Shown in pieces: positions 13,277 through 22,070 of a stretch of 26,124 bases of DNA. Positions within the stretch are counted from its first letter, which is position 1. Each line of letters starts with the position of its first letter. The translations under genes were made by a program, and so were the position numbers. Source of the stretch: a virus (Duplodnaviria; Caudoviricetes). The notes beneath the pieces were generated by a model. The model made no database searches. It saw only the letters and a program-made list of their open reading frames with translations, and was not told where the DNA came from. The stretch spans positions 1-26,124 of IMG/VR virus record IMGVR_UViG_3300032266_000445; one strand, written 5' to 3'.

Positions 13277-14022
13277 TCTGGATTCTTCAGCAACATTCCC
13301 TGCACGATAAGGCTGACGCTCTGTGTTCCACTATTTACTTTAAACTGCCACTCAATATCTGTTTTCTGGTATTGAATTTGGGGAACAATCCTTTGAACTG
13401 AAAAGTTACCAAGCCAAGTTGTCTGAAGAAGATCAAAAGTTACTGGCGCAGGAGATGCATTTGGAGTAACGGAAACATTAAATGTGACATAGTTTGTCCC
13501 GCTCCCAGCATCACCGCTATAACAATCCACAGAATAAACAAATAAAGTATATCCATTTGGTACTGAATATATACCAGCTTGCGTCTTTCCAACAGCAGGA
13601 TTGATCTGTGCAAAAGTAACAGAGTTTTGTTTTGCTGTAATCGTTCCCACATTTGAATTTCTACCGCTGGCTGGTGCGGTCATCGACAATCCATTTACTC
13701 TAATAAATGAATTTGTAGTAACAACAGGAGTGACACCATTCAGAGTGACAGATTCTGTAATTGCATCCCAATTTGAGTCAAGACCACTTATCAAAATCTT
13801 ACCGCCTGTATCCGCAGTAGTAGCTGTAGTTACAATTGAAAGAGTAGTTGCAGTTGTTGGATGTTGCCAGACAACAGGAAGCCCATCCCAAAGTGTTTTA
13901 TTTTGAGTCGTTACATTATCGCTAAAAGCAAAAATACTTACAGGACTTGCATCTGCTGGATTATTTCTGCACACCCATGTCTTCCAATCCAAGGATAATA
14001 GGTGATTAAGGGAAAGGGGCAT
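13273..14022 (-). CDS. Thr/Ser/Val-rich beta-strand protein, probably virion-associated
   Basis: 249 aa; KILISGLDSNWDAITESVTLNG...NVGTITA...YSVPNGYT. Preceded on its own strand by TTGACA-13 nt-ATG like the structural genes. Confidence 0.75.
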   Translation of the reverse strand: MPLSLNHLLSLDWKTWVCRNNPADASPVSIFAFSDNVTTQNKTLWDGLPVVWQHPTTATTLSIVTTATTADTGGKILISGLDSNWDAITESVTLNGVTPVVTTNSFIRVNGLSMTAPASGRNSNVGTITAKQNSVTFAQINPAVGKTQAGIYSVPNGYTLFVYSVDCYSGDAGSGTNYVTFNVSVTPNASPAPVTFDLLQTTWLGNFSVQRIVPQIQYQKTDIEWQFKVNSGTQSVSLIVQGMLLKNPD

Positions 14023-14035
14023 AAGCTATGCAATC

Positions 14036-14066
14036 TGTCAAGATACTACACATATAGTAGTTGACA
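14036..14066. promoter_or_regulatory. Divergent pair of TTGACA motifs in an imperfect palindrome
   Basis: TGTCAA(14036-14041)...TTGACA(14061-14066), 13 nt and 14 nt from the ATGs of the divergent genes at 14022 (-) and 14081 (+). Confidence 0.65.
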
Positions 14067-14080
14067 CTTTTTGATGAGGT

Positions 14081-15532
14081 ATGCCCCTACCCACACCTAA
14101 AAAAGGCGAGAAACTCGCTGATTTCATGTCTAAATTCATGGGAAACCCTACCGCTGTAAAGGATTATAAAGACAATAAACAGCGTTACGCAGTCGGAGCA
14201 AGCATCTTTCGTGAGACTAAAAAGAAGCAGAAGAAGTCAAACCTAGAGGCTGATAACAGCATTCTTACCCCTAATCCCGATGAAAGCTTCGCCGAATTCC
14301 TTGGTCGCTTCGTGGCTGACGAGAATATGATCGGACTCTTTCCAGACTCTTCGGATCGTGCCGAAATCGCTTCGGAAATCTACGACAATGAAGAAATGGA
14401 CAGCGTTTCCGAATCTGGTAGCGATGCAACGGACATCGAGCCAGCAATCGGAAAATCCACTTCTGAGGATGACGATGAAGAGGAAATGGCTTATGCGACT
14501 GGTGGCGGTGCAACTGGAAATGGTGGAGCACCCAGAGGAACCATTCCTACGGCAGTTATTCAAGGGCAGGGCGCAAAGAAATATAACTACGAAGAGGGTG
14601 GAGATATGACGATTAACGGAGTTTCAGTTTTGACTACAGGCATGGCAAAGGGTCATCGCCTAGAAATCGATAAAACCACACTTGAGCAGGTTAAGAAATG
14701 TGCAGAGCAGTTCAAGGGTGGGGTTAAGGTGAATGAAAATCATGGTGCTGGAATTGCTGATATTATCGGCAAACTCACCAATTTCCGAATTGATGAAAGC
14801 GGGAACAAGCTGTTAGCTGATCTTACTTTTCTCAAGAGTCGCCAAGACAGAGCTAAATACTACATGGACTTGGCCTCCGAGATCCCAGATGCGTTTGGGA
14901 TTTCGATTTCGTTCAGTGGTGATTCGGAAGTGAATGGATCGAATTTCGATCTGGCACGATGCCAAGAATTGTACTCGGCAGACCTAGTTCAACACCCAGC
15001 GGCGAATCCCCAAGGACTTTTTTCAGCGGATTCTGGTTGTGTAGTAGTTGACAAGACGAATCTCAGTAATATGGAAAACACTGCTGATACCGCCGACAAG
15101 AAGCCTACCGCTTCTTATAACATGGAAGACCTCGGCAAACAGATGGCAGAATTCGCTACCCGCCTTTCGGCTCTGGAAGCTAAACTGACTCCTGTGGATG
15201 TGGTCGAAAACCTTCCCGAAAATATCGCCGCCAAGGATGAATCCAAAGCTACGATTCCTGCAAAGGAAATGTCGGCTAACGATGAAGCCAAGACGGAACT
15301 TTCTGGCGTTTTGAATGAAATCAAAACCGAACTCTCCAAGATGGTGTCGGCTCCTATCGCTCCTTCGGCTCCCGCCACTGAGCAGAAAAAAGCTGAAAGT
15401 TTTGCGGAACTGGTAAATTTTGAGATGAAAGCAAACAACATCTCCAAGGGTGAAGCTCTTCGCCTTTGCATCGAAAAATACACTGAACAATATCGGAAAG
15501 AGCTTTCCGCTGGTGGCTTCAAAAGCTTCTAA
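14081..15532 (+). CDS. Prohead maturation protease-scaffold fusion with two N-terminal accessory repeats
   Basis: Core ~14606-15030 (VKVNENH...IGKLTNF...FGISISF...LYSADLVQHPAANPQGLFS) fits the assemblin/HK97-type His/Ser protease. Acidic helical C-terminal scaffold region; directly upstream of decoration and capsid genes. Confidence 0.85.
   Translation: MPLPTPKKGEKLADFMSKFMGNPTAVKDYKDNKQRYAVGASIFRETKKKQKKSNLEADNSILTPNPDESFAEFLGRFVADENMIGLFPDSSDRAEIASEIYDNEEMDSVSESGSDATDIEPAIGKSTSEDDDEEEMAYATGGGATGNGGAPRGTIPTAVIQGQGAKKYNYEEGGDMTINGVSVLTTGMAKGHRLEIDKTTLEQVKKCAEQFKGGVKVNENHGAGIADIIGKLTNFRIDESGNKLLADLTFLKSRQDRAKYYMDLASEIPDAFGISISFSGDSEVNGSNFDLARCQELYSADLVQHPAANPQGLFSADSGCVVVDKTNLSNMENTADTADKKPTASYNMEDLGKQMAEFATRLSALEAKLTPVDVVENLPENIAAKDESKATIPAKEMSANDEAKTELSGVLNEIKTELSKMVSAPIAPSAPATEQKKAESFAELVNFEMKANNISKGEALRLCIEKYTEQYRKELSAGGFKSF
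15071..15532 (+). CDS. Scaffolding protein from in-frame internal start
   Basis: MENTADTADKK... begins right after the protease core, with TTGACA(15048-15053) 17 nt upstream; analogous to lambda C/Nu3. Confidence 0.65.
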   Translation: MENTADTADKKPTASYNMEDLGKQMAEFATRLSALEAKLTPVDVVENLPENIAAKDESKATIPAKEMSANDEAKTELSGVLNEIKTELSKMVSAPIAPSAPATEQKKAESFAELVNFEMKANNISKGEALRLCIEKYTEQYRKELSAGGFKSF

Positions 15533-15551
15533 ATAGAAAGGTAACAAAACT

Positions 15552-15899
15552 ATGGCAACTCAATTAGATTCTGGATTTGCTTCGTTGCTTTTCGCCTCCA
15601 CGGTGACGGCGAACAGCATCGTCAGCATGACTTCAACCGATAACACAGCACAGGCTTGTGCCACTGCTGGTAAATCAATCGGAGTTCTTCAACAGGATGT
15701 GGTTAGCGGATCTGTGGGCTTCGTTAAGCTCTGGAACCCATCGAATTTCACCATTTTTGGTGGAACCACTGTTTCGGCGGCTGACACTCTTTATGTAGGC
15801 GCAAATGGCCGTTCCAGCACTGCTGGCACGGTTGTTCTTGGCGTTGCTCGTAACCAAGGTGTTACTGCCGATGTCATCGAAGTCTTCATCACCCGCTAA
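15552..15899 (+). CDS. Head decoration / capsid cement protein
   Basis: 115 aa, Gly/Ala/Thr/Val-rich (SIGVLQQDV...ADTLYVGANGR...GVA...DVIEV), between scaffold and capsid; AGAAAGG SD. Confidence 0.8.
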   Translation: MATQLDSGFASLLFASTVTANSIVSMTSTDNTAQACATAGKSIGVLQQDVVSGSVGFVKLWNPSNFTIFGGTTVSAADTLYVGANGRSSTAGTVVLGVARNQGVTADVIEVFITR

Positions 15900-15917
15900 A
15901 GAAAGGAAAAGAAAAAA

Positions 15918-16880
15918 ATGTCTTATCTAACCTCAAACGCCACTCTGCGTGGCGATATTACCACGGCTCTTATCCAAGGGTCGCAAATGGATCAGGGATT
16001 CATCGGAACCGATGTGTTCCCCATCTACAACAGCCCTGTTCGTGCGGGTCAGTACCTCAAGCTTCAGCTTGGGAACGCTGAACTTCTGAACAGCGATGCT
16101 TCCAAGGTGGCCCCCGGTTCGGCCTACCCTCGCTCCAGCCGTGCATTCGATAATGATAATTTCACTTGCGTGGAATTCGGACTTGAGGAAGTTGTTCCAG
16201 ATGCGTTGGCCTCCGATGTGTCCCGCTTCTTCGGATTGGAGACTGAGACTGCGAAGATCCTTCTACGCAACATCCAGATCGGCCATGAAGCTGAAGTCGC
16301 TTCGACTTTGTTCGACAGCGGAACCTTCACTGCTACTAACGCTCTGGTTAACTACACTGTTAGCTCGCTCTCCACGGTTAATTTCGTGGCTGACGTAGCC
16401 GCCGCCAAACAGCGGTTGCTCAAGCAGGGCGTGATCGCTAACTGCGTTGTGATGAACCAAGAGGTGTTTGACCTCGTGCGCCGTAGCCCCCTCACCCAGA
16501 ATCAGTTCTTCGGTGTGGTTGCGACTGACTCCCGCCGTCTGTTGTCGGAAGTTGAAATCGCTCAAGCGGCTGGTGTTGAGAAAGTCTATGTCGGCAAAGC
16601 GGCCAAGAATAGTGCGGCGAAGGGTCAATCCTTCAGCGGTGCGTTCATCTTCCCCACAACCTATGTTGCGGTGGGATATGTTGCTGGTGGCGATTTCGCC
16701 TCTGGTGGCGCAGGTCGGACGATTATCTGGAGCGAAGATGCTTCGGCTCCTTTCGTTGCCGAAAGCTATCGTGATGAAGGTCGCAGGTCGAACATTCTGC
16801 GAGTTCGCTCGAATCGTGTGGTCAAGGTCATCGACAGCACTGCGATGCAGTTGATCACTACGAACTACTCCGCTTCGTAA
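15918..16880 (+). CDS. Major capsid protein (lambda gpE-like, HK97 fold)
   Basis: 320 aa; FIGTDVFP, APGSAYPR, EFGLEEVVPD, ANCVVMNQEVFD motifs; strong SD, C/T-biased third positions, followed by a terminator. Confidence 0.92.
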   Translation: MSYLTSNATLRGDITTALIQGSQMDQGFIGTDVFPIYNSPVRAGQYLKLQLGNAELLNSDASKVAPGSAYPRSSRAFDNDNFTCVEFGLEEVVPDALASDVSRFFGLETETAKILLRNIQIGHEAEVASTLFDSGTFTATNALVNYTVSSLSTVNFVADVAAAKQRLLKQGVIANCVVMNQEVFDLVRRSPLTQNQFFGVVATDSRRLLSEVEIAQAAGVEKVYVGKAAKNSAAKGQSFSGAFIFPTTYVAVGYVAGGDFASGGAGRTIIWSEDASAPFVAESYRDEGRRSNILRVRSNRVVKVIDSTAMQLITTNYSAS

Positions 16881-16903
16881 TTGTTGGTTGGTTGTTCCTC
16901 TGG

Positions 16904-16947
16904 AGAAGGGGGGATGAGATGAAAGTCTTGTCCCCCCTTTTCTTTTT
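16904..16947 (+). terminator. Rho-independent terminator after the major capsid gene
   Basis: AGAAGGGGGGATGAGAT-GAAA-GTCTTGTCCCCCCTTTT stem (G6:C6 core with G-U pairs, GNRA loop) followed by CTTTTT. Confidence 0.9.
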
Positions 16948-16949
16948 GC

Positions 16950-16977
16950 TTGCCAAATAAAATCAGGCTTCTAGTTT
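16950..16977 (+). promoter_or_regulatory. Possible sigma70-like leaderless promoter for the glycosylation operon
   Basis: TTGCCA(16950-16955)-16 nt-TAGTTT(16972-16977)-6 nt-ATG(16984); same GCTTGCCAA -35 context as the early promoters. Confidence 0.5.
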
Positions 16978-16983
16978 TTCGGA

Positions 16984-18663
16984 ATGGACAAATTCCCATT
17001 CACTTTTTCGCTTTACGCCATCGTCTCAAGAGAGTGTACATCTAAATATATTGCTAGAGCCTTAGAATCTTTTAAGCGTCTCAAGCCAGATGAGATTGTG
17101 CTTTGTTCTGCGATGGGAAAGCATACCGATGAAGGATTGCCAATTCTTGAGGAAGTTGCAAAAAAGTATGGAGCAAAAGTTGTGGTTTATAGGAATGCTG
17201 ATGAGGCATCGGATTGGGATTATCTGGATAGCTTCGCAAATGCCAGAAATTGCGCTTTAAATGCCTGTACAAGCGACTTTGCCATGTGGTTTGATGCAGA
17301 TGACCTTCTGATTGAGGGAGCAGAGAAAGTGTTTTTTGAGATAGGATCAAAAATCACGGATCAAGATTGCATTTTTGCTGGGTATGAAGTACCCGCTGCT
17401 GGCCTTTGTCCAGTGCGTGAAAGGATAACAAGAAAAGGTGCGTTTCGGTGGAAGTATGCAGTTCACGAACAATTAAAGCCAATAAAAGCAGAAGCCAAGG
17501 CAATCGGAACGCATGGTGGTTTGATTATTCATGCCCCCATCGGTCATAAAAAATCGAGCGTTGAGCGTAATCACATAATCTTAGATCAAGTCACAAAAGA
17601 ATCATGGCTTTACGAGTTTTACAAGGCAGAGGAGCACTTTCTTTCGGGTCAATATAATGATGCAATTTTATGGGCAAAACAGGCACTCGCAGACCCCAAG
17701 CTAGATTTAATTTTGCGGGTTCAATGCCATACAATTATTGGAAGATCGCTTGAAGATCCAGTAGCCAAGAGGGAGGAGCTTTTTAAGGCATACGCACTTC
17801 AACCACAACGGATTGAAGCTTTGTTTTACATAGCGGAAGATTACTTTAATCGAAAGCACTATGCTGAGGCATTGGCATTGGCTAAGTCGGCTTGCTCCAT
17901 ACATCTACCAAGCATGACTTATTGGACAACCAAAAAACATATTTACGATTTCGAGGCTCCAGACCTTTATATGCGGTGCGCTAGGGCATTGGGAATGGAT
18001 GATCTGGTAAAGTTCCTTGAAAATGATAAGACAAAAAACTTTGGAGAAACCGACATTACGCTATGTCATGCAACCGCAAGACCAGAGAAATTTCATCAGG
18101 CAAGATGGTCGTGGTATTCGATGGCAAGCCAACCAAACAAGATTCAACATCTTTTAGGGGTGGATATTGACCATGATAAATACAGGGGATTTGAAAAGAT
18201 TGTTACTCCAAACGGAAAGTGCGTGGGTGCTTGGAACGAAACAATGAAACAGGCAAAGGGGAAATATATTGTTCAGCTATCGGATGATTTTATTCCTCCT
18301 GTCGGATGGGATAACGAGATTAGAAAAAGACTCCCAGATCCTACCAAGCCAGCAGTTCTAGCCGTATCGGACGGACACAGAACTGACGATCTTCTTTGTA
18401 TAGGAATTATGACCAAGCCTACGCTAGAATATCTTGGAGGAAACTTCTACGCACCAGAATACGCTCAATGTTCTGGAATATACGCAGACAACGAATTTAC
18501 AAAAAGAACCAAGGAAATTCAAGTAGATGCTAGAGACTTGGTATTTACTCATCAAAATCCTTTCTTTACTGGTGCAGAAAAAGATGCCGTGTTCAGAACG
18601 CACAATTCAATGGCTAATTATGAGCTTGGAAAGAAGATTTTTGAGGAACGGAATCAAAAATGA
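16984..18663 (+). CDS. Glycosyltransferase: GT2 (GT-A) + TPR + second GT-A domain
   Basis: DSFANARN...WFDADD...RER...FRWKYAVHEQL; TPR-like helices (RIEALFYIAE); second domain CVGAWN...YIVQLSDDF...GWD...YADNEFT...FTHQNP. Confidence 0.9.
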   Translation: MDKFPFTFSLYAIVSRECTSKYIARALESFKRLKPDEIVLCSAMGKHTDEGLPILEEVAKKYGAKVVVYRNADEASDWDYLDSFANARNCALNACTSDFAMWFDADDLLIEGAEKVFFEIGSKITDQDCIFAGYEVPAAGLCPVRERITRKGAFRWKYAVHEQLKPIKAEAKAIGTHGGLIIHAPIGHKKSSVERNHIILDQVTKESWLYEFYKAEEHFLSGQYNDAILWAKQALADPKLDLILRVQCHTIIGRSLEDPVAKREELFKAYALQPQRIEALFYIAEDYFNRKHYAEALALAKSACSIHLPSMTYWTTKKHIYDFEAPDLYMRCARALGMDDLVKFLENDKTKNFGETDITLCHATARPEKFHQARWSWYSMASQPNKIQHLLGVDIDHDKYRGFEKIVTPNGKCVGAWNETMKQAKGKYIVQLSDDFIPPVGWDNEIRKRLPDPTKPAVLAVSDGHRTDDLLCIGIMTKPTLEYLGGNFYAPEYAQCSGIYADNEFTKRTKEIQVDARDLVFTHQNPFFTGAEKDAVFRTHNSMANYELGKKIFEERNQK

Positions 18664-19145
18664 TTTTTTCCTATAAAGATAAAATATATCCTTCATATAT
18701 AAAAAATGGAAATGCGTGTTCCTATATACAGGAATTTGCAAAGCAATTCTGTGTTGGTAATGGACTAGATATAGGTGGAACTAGCGAATGGAGCCTTCCA
18801 AACACAAGGAGTATAAACATAGACAAAGATGACGGCTATCATGCAACAAATCTTCCAAGCGAAAAGTATGATTTTATTTTTAGTTCTCACACGTTAGAAC
18901 ATACGGAAAACTACATTGATGCCCTGCTTTGCTGGAAAGATCATTTACGCTCAAATGGCACACTATTTTTATACTTGCCTCACCCAGATATGGAGTATTG
19001 GTTGCCTCAAAATAACCGTAAGCATAAGCATATTTTTTACCCAAAAGACATAATCAAGACATTGAAAGACATTGGATTTGTAAATGTTATAAGTAGCGAG
19101 AGAGATTTATATTGGTCATTTTCAGTAATTGGATTTAAAGAGTGA
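18660..19145 (+). CDS. Class I SAM-dependent methyltransferase (type 11-like)
   Basis: GLDIGG motif I, YDFIFSSHTLEH, LRSNGTLFLYLP; ATGA-coupled. Confidence 0.9.
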   Translation: MIFSYKDKIYPSYIKNGNACSYIQEFAKQFCVGNGLDIGGTSEWSLPNTRSINIDKDDGYHATNLPSEKYDFIFSSHTLEHTENYIDALLCWKDHLRSNGTLFLYLPHPDMEYWLPQNNRKHKHIFYPKDIIKTLKDIGFVNVISSERDLYWSFSVIGFKE

Positions 19146-20992
19146 AGATCTTTATCTACCACGATCTCATTCTATCAAATGAGATCTGGAAGAAAAACTT
19201 GTTTTATGCGGAACTAAACAGGCTTTATCCTCACCTTCAATATCTTGTTGATTTTTACAACTTTTTTAAAAAGCACGAAACAAAAAATCCAGAAGATGCA
19301 AATTTCTTTTTTGTGCCTATCTTCATGGCTGGATTGCAGTTTGCGAATGTCGATCCAGAGCTATTGATCAATCATTGTGCTTATCTTCACAGGGGCAATC
19401 ATATCCTTGTTTCAACTGGGGATGTTGGGCAAAGGGAGGAATCGAAATATGAGATGACGCATGAGGCAAATCCGCTTCGTGCCTACGACAAGAAATACAA
19501 ATGGATGGATGATCGGTTTGCCCTGATTGTGCTTGAGTCTTTGGCTACGCTTCACAGGCAAGATATAGCAATCCCTCCGTATCAAATTAAGCCAGTAAAA
19601 CAGCAAAATGCTGAAAGGGATATTCTACTATCATTTATGGGTGGAATGAAGCATCTTCATCTTCCGCAAGAGCATATTCGTGGGGGCAGATTACTTGATT
19701 TTAAGAGGCGATTTGAAAGCGATAAAATAGTTATTGGATCTACGGATGAGGTCGCACAAAAACTTTGGGGAATCACCTATCACGATTTAATGGCAAGATC
19801 AGTGTTCACCCTATGTCCCGCTGGGTATGGTAGATGGTCGTTTCGATTTATTGAGGCTTTGCTAAATGGGTCAATACCCATCCTTTTGTCGGACGAATAT
19901 GTTCTTCCATTCGGTGATAAAATTGATTGGAGCAAGTATTGTTATGTGGTTGAAGAGCGTCATTTGTTTAGCTTGACTTACTTTATCCATCGGCTATCCA
20001 TCGATGAAATTGCAGAAAAGCAGAAAAATATAGCAAGAGACAAACATATATTTGAAAAGGACTTTATTATGGAACAAGTAGCAGAAAATCTTGAGAATCA
20101 ATCATACGCTGATATTGCGATTGGGAAGATGCGTTCACCAGAGCATATGCAGATTATCTGTGTGGATGTTACCAACAAGTGTGATTTGGCTTGCTCAAAC
20201 TGCACAAGGCTTCTGAAGAATCAAGACTCGCTATGGGAGATGACTCCAGAGAACTTTCGCTTGGCACTTCGTAGCTTGAAAGACTTCAAAGGGATTATTG
20301 CCATGATCGGAGGGAATCCTTGCGTTCATACAAGGTTTGAAGAGCTTTGCCAGATCTTTGTAGAAGAGATCCCAAACCAGTTCCAGCGGGGTCTTTGGAC
20401 AAACAATTATTTCAAGCATCGTGAGATAATTGAAAATACATTCGGTGGCTTAAATCTTAACCCTCATAACGAGGAAAGAGCAAATGAAAAGCTTAAAGAC
20501 CTTCACAATGTAATGGTCAATCAGCGTGGGTTTAACGGAGGGTACTACACTGGAAATTCACATCACGCACCCCTTCTTACTGCAATAAAAGACCTATATC
20601 CAGAAAAAGATATGTGGGAAAAGATTTCTGGTTGCGATGTTAATAGGGAATGGTCTGCATCCATAGTGCAAAACAAAGGCGAATTAAGGGCTTATTTTTG
20701 CGAGGTGGCCGCATCGTTTGATCTGGCTAGGGGAACCGACAACGGACATCCAGTTGTAGAGGGATGGTGGAAAAGACCAATCAAAGATTTCAGCGGTCAA
20801 ATTAAGCATTTTTGCACAGGCTGTGGAGTGCCAGCACGACTTCGTGGAAGCATGGACAACGAGGAAACCGATACCTATACAAAAAGCAACGCTGATCTAG
20901 CCATGAAGTCACAGGCAAAAGGAAGAAAAATTCAGCTACTGAAAGACGAAAAAGCACTGGAACATAAAGTCACCGAATACTTTGCTGGATGA
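19142..20992 (+). CDS. Exostosin-like (GT47) glycosyltransferase fused to a radical SAM domain
   Basis: NPEDANFFFVP and MARSVFTLCPAGYGRWSFRFIEALLNGSIPILLSDEYVLPFGDKIDW (GT47); VDVTNKCDLACSNC (CxxxCxxC, 20180-20203) and MIGGNP; extra C-terminal Cys (CDVN, YFCEV, FCTGC). Confidence 0.88.
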   Translation: MKIFIYHDLILSNEIWKKNLFYAELNRLYPHLQYLVDFYNFFKKHETKNPEDANFFFVPIFMAGLQFANVDPELLINHCAYLHRGNHILVSTGDVGQREESKYEMTHEANPLRAYDKKYKWMDDRFALIVLESLATLHRQDIAIPPYQIKPVKQQNAERDILLSFMGGMKHLHLPQEHIRGGRLLDFKRRFESDKIVIGSTDEVAQKLWGITYHDLMARSVFTLCPAGYGRWSFRFIEALLNGSIPILLSDEYVLPFGDKIDWSKYCYVVEERHLFSLTYFIHRLSIDEIAEKQKNIARDKHIFEKDFIMEQVAENLENQSYADIAIGKMRSPEHMQIICVDVTNKCDLACSNCTRLLKNQDSLWEMTPENFRLALRSLKDFKGIIAMIGGNPCVHTRFEELCQIFVEEIPNQFQRGLWTNNYFKHREIIENTFGGLNLNPHNEERANEKLKDLHNVMVNQRGFNGGYYTGNSHHAPLLTAIKDLYPEKDMWEKISGCDVNREWSASIVQNKGELRAYFCEVAASFDLARGTDNGHPVVEGWWKRPIKDFSGQIKHFCTGCGVPARLRGSMDNEETDTYTKSNADLAMKSQAKGRKIQLLKDEKALEHKVTEYFAG

Positions 20993-21651
20993 GAATTCTC
21001 ATACAATATCACGAAAGGCTTGGAGATGTCCTTCGAATGTTGCCATTGGCAAAGTTACTTGCAGACAGAGGAGACGATGTATTTTTTGAGTGCAAGGATG
21101 AGTATGCGGATATTTTAAAATGCACTACCTATGTAAAGCATAAGAAAATTACCGATCCTTATAAAAAGTTTGATTATGTATTTAATAGGCAAATATGGCC
21201 GTTGCTTTACGATGATTACAGGAAAAGCGGAAAACGATGGGAGGAATTTGTATTTGGTGAAGACTTTCCAGAAGCAGTTGATAAACGAATAGTTTTAGAC
21301 AATATCTGGCTTGCTCCAGACATGGGCTTATATGATCTAGTTGCCCCTTTTGGGATAAGTCAAATCGTAAGGCATGATCCGATAAGGGTGATTAAAAAAG
21401 CGGTTGAGATGTACGGCAAGGATCATTTGGTTGTTTTGTGTCCTCCAGAAATAGATATTAATGGCCTTAAGGCTATTAGCTGTAGTTCGGTTGTTTATAT
21501 GCCATTTTTGATCCAAAAGGCTAGAAACTTTTTGGGCATAAACTCGTCACCCTCTGCAATCGCTAGTGCGGTTAGGTACTCCTATGACCTTATACCTACA
21601 GGCAACGAACAGGACGATTACACTCTAGGTGCAAATATAATTCGTCTTTAA
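20989..21651 (+). CDS. GT-B glycosyltransferase, GT9/heptosyltransferase-like
   Basis: RILIQYHERLGDVLRMLP at the N-terminus and IQKARNFLGINSSPSAIASA near the C-terminus; short for the family. Confidence 0.75.
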   Translation: MRILIQYHERLGDVLRMLPLAKLLADRGDDVFFECKDEYADILKCTTYVKHKKITDPYKKFDYVFNRQIWPLLYDDYRKSGKRWEEFVFGEDFPEAVDKRIVLDNIWLAPDMGLYDLVAPFGISQIVRHDPIRVIKKAVEMYGKDHLVVLCPPEIDINGLKAISCSSVVYMPFLIQKARNFLGINSSPSAIASAVRYSYDLIPTGNEQDDYTLGANIIRL

Positions 21652-21724
21652 AGGCATCAAAATCGTCCGTAAATGGCGTTTAAAAGCGTCTTATGTATTA
21701 AATAGGGGGGTTGTAGGGCAAAAA

Positions 21725-21730
21725 TTGACA
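21725..21730 (+). promoter_or_regulatory. TTGACA motif 16 nt upstream of ATG 21747
   Basis: Same recurring motif; supports the start at 21747 rather than 21738. Confidence 0.55.
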
Positions 21731-21746
21731 TAGCTATATGTGTAAT

Positions 21747-22070
21747 ATGGCTGGACGCTTGGATACCACTATTTTTGGAACTGACCTATCCGAGATAATC
21801 TCTGATATGTACACAGTGGTTACAGGACTGGCTACAAATGCCGTATCTGCCTCAGTTACAGACCTTTCCTTTGCCTCTGAGCTTGAAGTTGGTGGAGAGG
21901 TTTATACGATTACACAAACTTTAATTGTTAAAGCTAATACTATTTCTGCTCCTCCTACCATCGGATCTCTTTGCACTATTGGAGGCGCGGAGCGCATGGT
22001 TGCCAGATGGACGATTTCGGCTGACGGAGTATCTTATAATATTGATGTTGCAGACATCACTACAGGATGA
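21747..22070 (+). CDS. Putative head-tail adaptor / head closure protein (FII-like)
   Basis: 107 aa, beta-rich (PPTIGSLCTIGGAERMV...ISADGVSYNI); first structural gene after the capsid and inserted operon. Confidence 0.6.
   Translation: MAGRLDTTIFGTDLSEIISDMYTVVTGLATNAVSASVTDLSFASELEVGGEVYTITQTLIVKANTISAPPTIGSLCTIGGAERMVARWTISADGVSYNIDVADITTG

Noticed and set aside
15023-16854. Several 100-170 aa antisense or alternative-frame ORFs over scaffold and capsid genes
   Set aside because: Expected by-product of strong codon bias in highly expressed genes.
11465-21711. TAGGGGGGT present in two intergenic regions (11465-11473 and 21703-21711)
   Set aside because: Only two copies of a low-complexity 9-mer; cannot be distinguished from chance.
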